Source: Octopus vulgaris
Lineage: Eukaryota
DNA length: 64,000 nt
Assembly (NCBI GenBank): GCA_951406725.2
Contig: OX597823.1
Span: forward strand, 87,730,001-87,794,000
Direction: 5' to 3'
Below the pieces are notes generated by a model that did no database searches, was not told the origin of the DNA, and worked only from the letters and a program-made list of their open reading frames with translations. A program made the translations under genes and the position numbers. This document shows positions 55,020 through 64,000 of the stretch, in pieces. Position 1 is the first letter of the stretch; every line of letters starts with the position of its first letter.

Positions 55020-55790
55020 GTGACAACAAGTTTCCTGAAATCCTAATATTTCGTTATCCTTCGCTTTCTTTCTTATTGACGTTCCTATCTTAGGGTACTG
55101 TAAAGTCTATGATCTTACATTGGGTGTTCATACCGTACTTCATGTTCATATCTGCTATTCTTGCTACATGAGTGTGACCTGTATTTAGGCGAAATCCCAT
55201 AATATCTTGTAATTGTTAGTTTCTATCACCGCCCCTAGTTTGTGTTAATACCACTTTTCTGTTGTTTTAGTAGCCTCACACTCGGATAACATCTCAATAC
55301 ATTCTTTTGCGTACACAGTCATGTCTACGCTTATATACATTTTGTCCTTGTATACTGCACTCACTCAAAATGTGATTGATACTTTCGACTCTTTTTCTGC
55401 AGATACTCTATTTGCTGCCTGACTGAGTCTTTTCGAGCTTTGCTTTTCTCAGGTTTCTTCTAAGGGCTTGTCTCTGAGCGGCTGTAATCACTATTTTCTC
55501 TCTCTTCTTTCAAGCTCCTGACAGCCAAACTGCATCACCGATCTTTACTTCGAACACTCTGTTGTATGAATTGGTCATTAATTCCAATTCTTTCCACTTT
55601 TTTCTGTTCTTTTCTCTTTGACTCCTCCTACAGTTTCGGTCACCTGTTTGTGTATCTCTGTCTGCTGATAGTATTATTTCTGTACTCTGCACAACGTAAT
55701 TTGTCAGACTCAGTATCACAGTATTGATTAGCAGTATCTTCTGCGTTTAGTAATCGTCTCCCACGAGACTGGAAGAAAGGAATACGAAAG
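55020..55790 (-). mobile_element. Degenerate C-terminal half of an R4/Dong-like element
   Basis: Minus strand: GRRLLNAEDT, SLTNYV, W.WLSG, AAQRQAL, SINHILSEC, YKRRHD and CKIIDFTVP. Confidence 0.8.
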
Positions 55791-55849
55791 AAGTTGGAAA
55801 AGATACGGAAGGAATTGAGGCAACTAAATAGGATAATATGAGGAGAGCT

Positions 55850-57295
55850 CAAGAATAATGTAGTAGTCAGAAAATTAAATGGACAATATAGGTTAGGAAA
55901 ACAAGAGCACACAAAGAATTGACTCAAAAAGTGACAACATTAAAGGTCAAATTGAAATGATATAATACTCGATAGAAAGCGCTCGAACAGAATAGACTAT
56001 TCCAATCAAATAGGAGGCGCATATCTGAGGAAACAGATGAAGGCAATCACCAGGAAATGATTGTAGATGCAAAAGAATGTAAGGAAGTTAGAAGGCTGTG
56101 TAACAAACCGGTGAGGCATAATGAAAGTGCTAACAAAAGTGGAAAGACAACAGGCAACTGTACCAAGACAAAAAGTTATCAGAAGTTTTAATATCTAGAT
56201 AGAGTACATGGCTATTGGTTGAAAATCATTACACAGCTGCATGAAAGAATCGCTGCGCAACTGGATGACTGCCTGCAACAAGAGCACGTCTCTGCCTGGA
56301 TGACAAGTCACCGAACGCTGCCATGCCTCAAGGATCACTTAAAAGGGTACTTGGCCTCAAATTTTCTACCTATAATCTGTTTACCACTAATGTGGGAGCT
56401 TATGACCAGTGGCTTGGTGGAAAAGTTATAGAACCATCTGGAAAGTAACAATCTACATCCAGAAGAACAGAAAGGGTGCAGGAAACAAAATAGCGCAACA
56501 AAAGATCACTTATTAGTTCAGAAAATGATAATTAGAAATTATAGATGCAGATTGACAAAACTGAATGTAACATGGTTAGATAACAAAAAAGTATATATAG
56601 TACCACACAGTTGGACAAGTAAAACAATGAGCGTGTTTAAAATAGCAAAAAACATGAGGAAAATGCTTAATGAAGGTATGAAACATTGGAAAACTGAATT
56701 GATCAGAGGAAAACAAAAACTCAGAAAAGTGAGCATTAGACATGGAATATTCCAAGGTGATAACTCATTTCCATTACTATTTGTATTGGCTTTGATACTA
56801 CTCATTATGATACTCCCAAAAGATAAAATTGCTTATGATTTGGGAAGAGGAATTGGTCAGATATATCATCTCCTTTTCATGGATGATACAAAGGTTTATG
56901 CGAAAAATCAGATAGTCTTGTACATGCTATCCACATTTTCTGAAATTATGCAGGTATGGAGTTTGGGATAGAAAGGTGTGCTATATTCAAAATGAAACAA
57001 GGGGGATTTGAAAGAGGCCAGGGAACTGAAATTCCTGATGGGCAAACATTGAGAGCAGTTGAGAAAGGACAGTGGTATAAGTACTTGAGAATACTGGGAG
57101 CAGATTAGATAAACAATGAAGTAGGCGTAGGAGTGGGTGTGTGGTAAGTAGCTTGCTTACCAACCACATGGTTCCGGGTTCAGGCCTAATGTGTAGCACC
57201 TTAGGCAAGTGTCTTCTACTATAGCCTCGGGTCGACCAAAACCTTGTGAGTGGATTTGGTAGACGGAAACGAAAAGAAGACCGACGTATATATGC

Positions 57296-57361
<66 letters not shown>

Positions 57362-57948
57362 TTGTCCCCCGAACATCACTTGACAACCGATGCTGGTGTG
57401 TTTACGTCCCCGTAACCTAGCGGTTCTGCAAAGGGGACCGATAACTAAGAACTAGGCTTGCAAAGAATAAGTCCTGGGGTCCATTTGCTCGACTAAAGGC
57501 GTTGTCCCAGCATGGCCACAGTCAAGTGACTGAAACATGTAAAAGAGAGAGTAAAAGAGTAACTGAAACAAATTGACAGTATGGAGTACACACAGAGAGT
57601 AAGAAAATTATTTCAGTTAAAACTGAATTCCAAAGATCAAGAGCTGTAGCCTTAATCAGATATGGTGTTGGAATTATATACTGGACCAGAAACGATATAA
57701 AGAAACTTGACAGAATAACTAGGAAGTTGTTGACGATGTATAGAGCCCATCATCCGAAGGCTGATATTAAGAGGCTGTACATGAGGAAAGACCAGATAAA
57801 AGTAGAAAAATGTACACAGATGGAAAGAAAATGTCTAGTAGAGCAGTTACACAACAGGACAGGATAAAATTACTAAAGGAAGTTAACTGGTGATGAAGCA
57901 AATAATAGGAGAAAAGGACATTCCCAAAATGATGAAAAGAAAGTCGAC
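55850..57948 (+). mobile_element. Degenerate RT region of an R4/Dong-like element, interrupted by SINE A
   Basis: NFLPIICLPLMW, PEEQKGCRK, IRHGIFQGDNSFPLLF, HLLFMDDTKVY, FGIERC, YKYL and HHPKADIKRLY. Confidence 0.88.
57124..57562 (+). mobile_element. SINE family A, full length, nested in the RT fragment
   Basis: Colinear with 11552-11958. Confidence 0.93.
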
Positions 57949-58008
<60 letters not shown>

Positions 58009-58018
58009 TAATAATAAT

Positions 58019-58560
58019 TGCCCTGTTTCAGTAGCAGGCAGTGGCTCGCATGGCTTCTGATCGTAACTGATTGGGATTGTTATCATGTAGATTGTATTGT
58101 CTTGGTGTAAAAGATGGGCTACAGCAAATATTCTGCTCAATACCACAGATTTGCTTGTCATTTGCTTGACCTTAACCAGTTGACCATGTCCCTTAGTGGC
58201 TGACGATATGTTCATCTCTGATCACGAGCAGAAGTAGTGGGGGAGTATCATAGACATGTGTTGAGAGGGATTGTTTGGAGTTTGGTTAATCCATCGATGG
58301 AAACATGGGTGTTTCATTCAACATCTTTAAACAAACCTTATTCAGCGACCTTTTCAGCAGGATGGGTTACTCGACCTGAAGAAAATTCTAACTTGGCTCC
58401 CATGGCAAGGTCATGCCCTGTTTATCTGGACGTCGCACACATATTGTTGTGATGCATGTTCCTGGAGTACCCTTACCAAACGGGTAGTCATGATGTGCAT
58501 ATTGGGCTTCGTATATTTTACCCCAGTGTCACATTGATGGCATGCACTGCTCTCTCACTC
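58019..58560 (+). mobile_element. ~540-bp TAA-associated non-coding element, full length
   Basis: Reverse complement of 13228-13787; (TAA)n on both sides. Confidence 0.9.
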
Positions 58561-61356
<2,796 letters not shown>

Positions 61357-61357
<1 letters not shown>

Positions 61358-61758
61358 CCTCCTCATTGATATGACTGTCCAAATCGATATAAACGTATCT
61401 GTCAAGACGAACCAAAAACTGAGCAAATATAACGATCTTGAAATAGAAATCAGCAAAATGTGGAAGCTGAAGACTAAAACAATACCTGTTGTCATAGGTG
61501 CCCTTGGAATGATAGCAAAAGAGGCAGATTGCTACCTAACTCAGATACCAGGAAACCCCAAAATGGCTGAAATTCAAAAGATAGTGCTCATGGGAACTGC
61601 TCATATCCTACGCAAAATAATTTCTATGTAATCTCAAGGTTTAAAACAAACATAACTAGGCATAACACCAACATGAACTTCCAACCTGTTGTCTCTTGAG
61701 GTCTCTGGGTGAGACTTGGAGCCAACTTGTACAAATATAAAGCAAAAGTCAAACATAT
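61357..61758 (+). mobile_element. 3' fragment (RLE C-terminus and 3' UTR) of an R4/Dong-like element
   Basis: CLLIDMTVQIDINVSVKTNQKLSKYNDLEIEISKMWKLKTKTIPVVIGALG...MGTAHILRKIISM*; (TAA)n on both sides. Confidence 0.9.
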
Positions 61759-61796
61759 AATAACAAAAATAATAATAATGATAATAATAAATAAAA

Positions 61797-61828
<32 letters not shown>

Positions 61829-62021
61829 GAAGAAGAAGGAGGAGAACAAGAGAAAGAAGAAGAAAAAGAAGAAGAAGAAGAAGAAGAAGAAGAAGAAGAA
61901 GAAGAAGAAGAAGAAGAAGAAGAAGAAGAAGAAGAAGAAGAAGAAGAAGAAGAAGAAGAAGAAGAAGAAGAAGACCTCCACCAACAACAACAGCAACAAC
62001 AAAAACAACAATGATGATGAC

Positions 62022-62203
62022 GATTTCAAATTTTGGCACAGGGGTTGCAAGTCGATTACATGGACACCATTACTCAACTGGTAGTTATTTTATCGACCCT
62101 GAGTGTGGGAAAAGTAAAGTCGGCCTCAGGGAAATGTTGAACTCGGGTTTAATGCCTCTAAGCATTAGGTTCGCGTGTTAAGAATTCTACACACTCGCCG
62201 CCT
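62022..62203 (-). mobile_element. SINE family B, diverged
   Basis: gtcgattacatggac...aaagtcggcctc...ctcgccgcc. Confidence 0.75.
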
Positions 62204-62324
62204 TAATAATAATTACAAAATCAACAAAACGACGACAACGACGACAACGCAGACAACAACAGCAATAATAATAATGAAAATAATAATGAGAAGAGGTAGT
62301 AGAAGAGGTCGAAGACGAAGAAGA

Positions 62325-62376
<52 letters not shown>

Positions 62377-62699
62377 ATAGTAGTAGTAGTAGTAGAAGAA
62401 GAAGAAGAAGAAGAAGAAGAAGAAGAAGAAGAAAGAGAGGAGGATGAGGAGGAGGAGGAGTAAGAAGAAAGAGGAACGAAGAAGAAGAAGAAGAAGAAGA
62501 AGAAGAAGAAGAGGAGGAGTAAGAAGAAAGAAGAACGAAGAAGAAGAAGAAGAAGAAGAAGAAGAAGAAGAAGAAGAAGAAGAAGAAGAAGAAGAAGAAG
62601 AAAAAAAGAAAAAGAAGAAGAAGAAGAAGAAGAAGAAGAAAAAGAAGGAGAAGAAGAAAAAGAAGGAGAAGAAGAAAAAGAAGAGGAAGAGGAAGCAGA

Positions 62700-62731
<32 letters not shown>

Positions 62732-62793
62732 AAGAAGAAGAAGAAGAAGAAGAAGAAGAAGAAGAAGAAGAAGAAGAAGAAGAAGAAGAAGAA
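62204..62793. repeat. Compound (TAG)/(GAA)/(CAG) microsatellite
   Basis: Seen directly. Confidence 0.95.
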
Positions 62794-63277
62794 ATAAAAA
62801 AAATTTTGATTGGACAGTACTTTCTAAATTCAAAGTATATGTAAGAAAATGGGAAATACAAATTTATGATAGTCATTATTGAAAAGAATCGAAGATAAAA
62901 CATTGAAATAACGTCTACGAAGCAAAGAATTTTGGCTTCCCTCATTAGTCATATGACCTCTTAAGTGTGCGTGTCGACTTTTCCATTTTCTGAAATGTTA
63001 AAACAAATTTGGAAACTTCATTTTGAAATATTGTCTGTTAATGTAATTTTTCCTCATAATATGATAGAAAATTGCGATATTGCGACAAAATAAGAAAAAC
63101 AAACATCTATACGACCGCCGTTCACGTTACTGTTTCGGTTGTGCGACACAGGCATATTCGGTTATATACAATTTACTTTCCTCTTCTTTGTATGAATACA
63201 TGCAAATATTCGTACGTTAGATTTATAGGTGTATGCAAATGTCTATGTATAAATGTCTCTCCCACACGTCTGTCTCG

Positions 63278-63356
63278 CAATATATATATACATATATATA
63301 AATGTATATATACATACACATATATATGTATAGAGATATATGTATATATATATATC

Positions 63357-63394
<38 letters not shown>

Positions 63395-63519
63395 CAAATA
63401 TATAACATATATATACAGATACACATGCATATGTATATATATATATATACATATATATGCATATATATATGTATATATATATATATATATGTATATATAT
63501 GTATATATATATGTATATA

Positions 63520-63584
<65 letters not shown>

Positions 63585-63622
63585 GTACACTTAAACACAA
63601 ACGCATATATATATATATATAT
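63278..63622. repeat. (TA)n-rich microsatellite
   Basis: Seen directly. Confidence 0.95.
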
Positions 63623-64000
63623 TCCACAGTAGTTTATGAAACTATTTCTGATTGTTACTTTTCTATTCAACGTTACTTGTGCAGAATTCTTGGCTGGTTT
63701 TTCAATTTAGAATTTATAAAAAACAAAACAGAAGAATATATAGATTACTATTTTACCTACAATATTCAACGAAGAAATATGTTTTTGATTAGCTAAGCAA
63801 TTCTGAGTTTTATAACCACGGGAGAATATCAGAGGGAAGATAGGATTGCATAGCAAGGAGAAAATAGAAAAAAAAAAAAACTTAATGGAAGAGAATGAAT
63901 GCCAGTTGTGACTCAGCACATGAACCTGAGAAATTTACGTGATATTATTTCGTAATATCACTTTAGTAAACTGAATATCTATAAATTTTATTATACAGGA

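Noticed and set aside
58019-58120. HDV-like or hammerhead ribozyme at the 5' end of the 550-bp element
   Set aside because: No nested double pseudoknot or complete hammerhead core could be built by eye.

Overview
AT-rich, microsatellite-saturated eukaryotic non-coding DNA (intergenic or intronic). The repeat repertoire looks like an octopod cephalopod; this is an inference from recalled SINE families, not a database result. No host protein-coding gene is supported, and nearly all listed ORFs are translations of microsatellites or SINEs. Recognisable content: (1) four SINE families; (2) six fragments of restriction-endonuclease (RLE) non-LTR retrotransposons of the R4/Dong type, mostly at (TAA)n tracts, including a 3-kb copy at 41264-44279; (3) a Penelope-like element (PLE) remnant with RT and GIY-YIG domains; (4) a CR1-group LINE 3' end, a non-autonomous Helitron, a hAT MITE and a mariner remnant; (5) a ~2.7-kb perfect (AAT)n. 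Two patterns stand out. First, about ten short segments, many next to (TA)n, fold by eye into minimal type-I hammerhead ribozymes with unrelated stems. They include intact cores, a G3:C8 swapped core and a probable U3:A8 core, and several sit in inverted-repeat structures typical of PLE insertions. Second, a ~540-560 bp non-coding, non-tRNA element occurs four times, each at (TAA)n and each upstream of, and co-oriented with, an R4/Dong fragment. All folds and alignments were done by eye.
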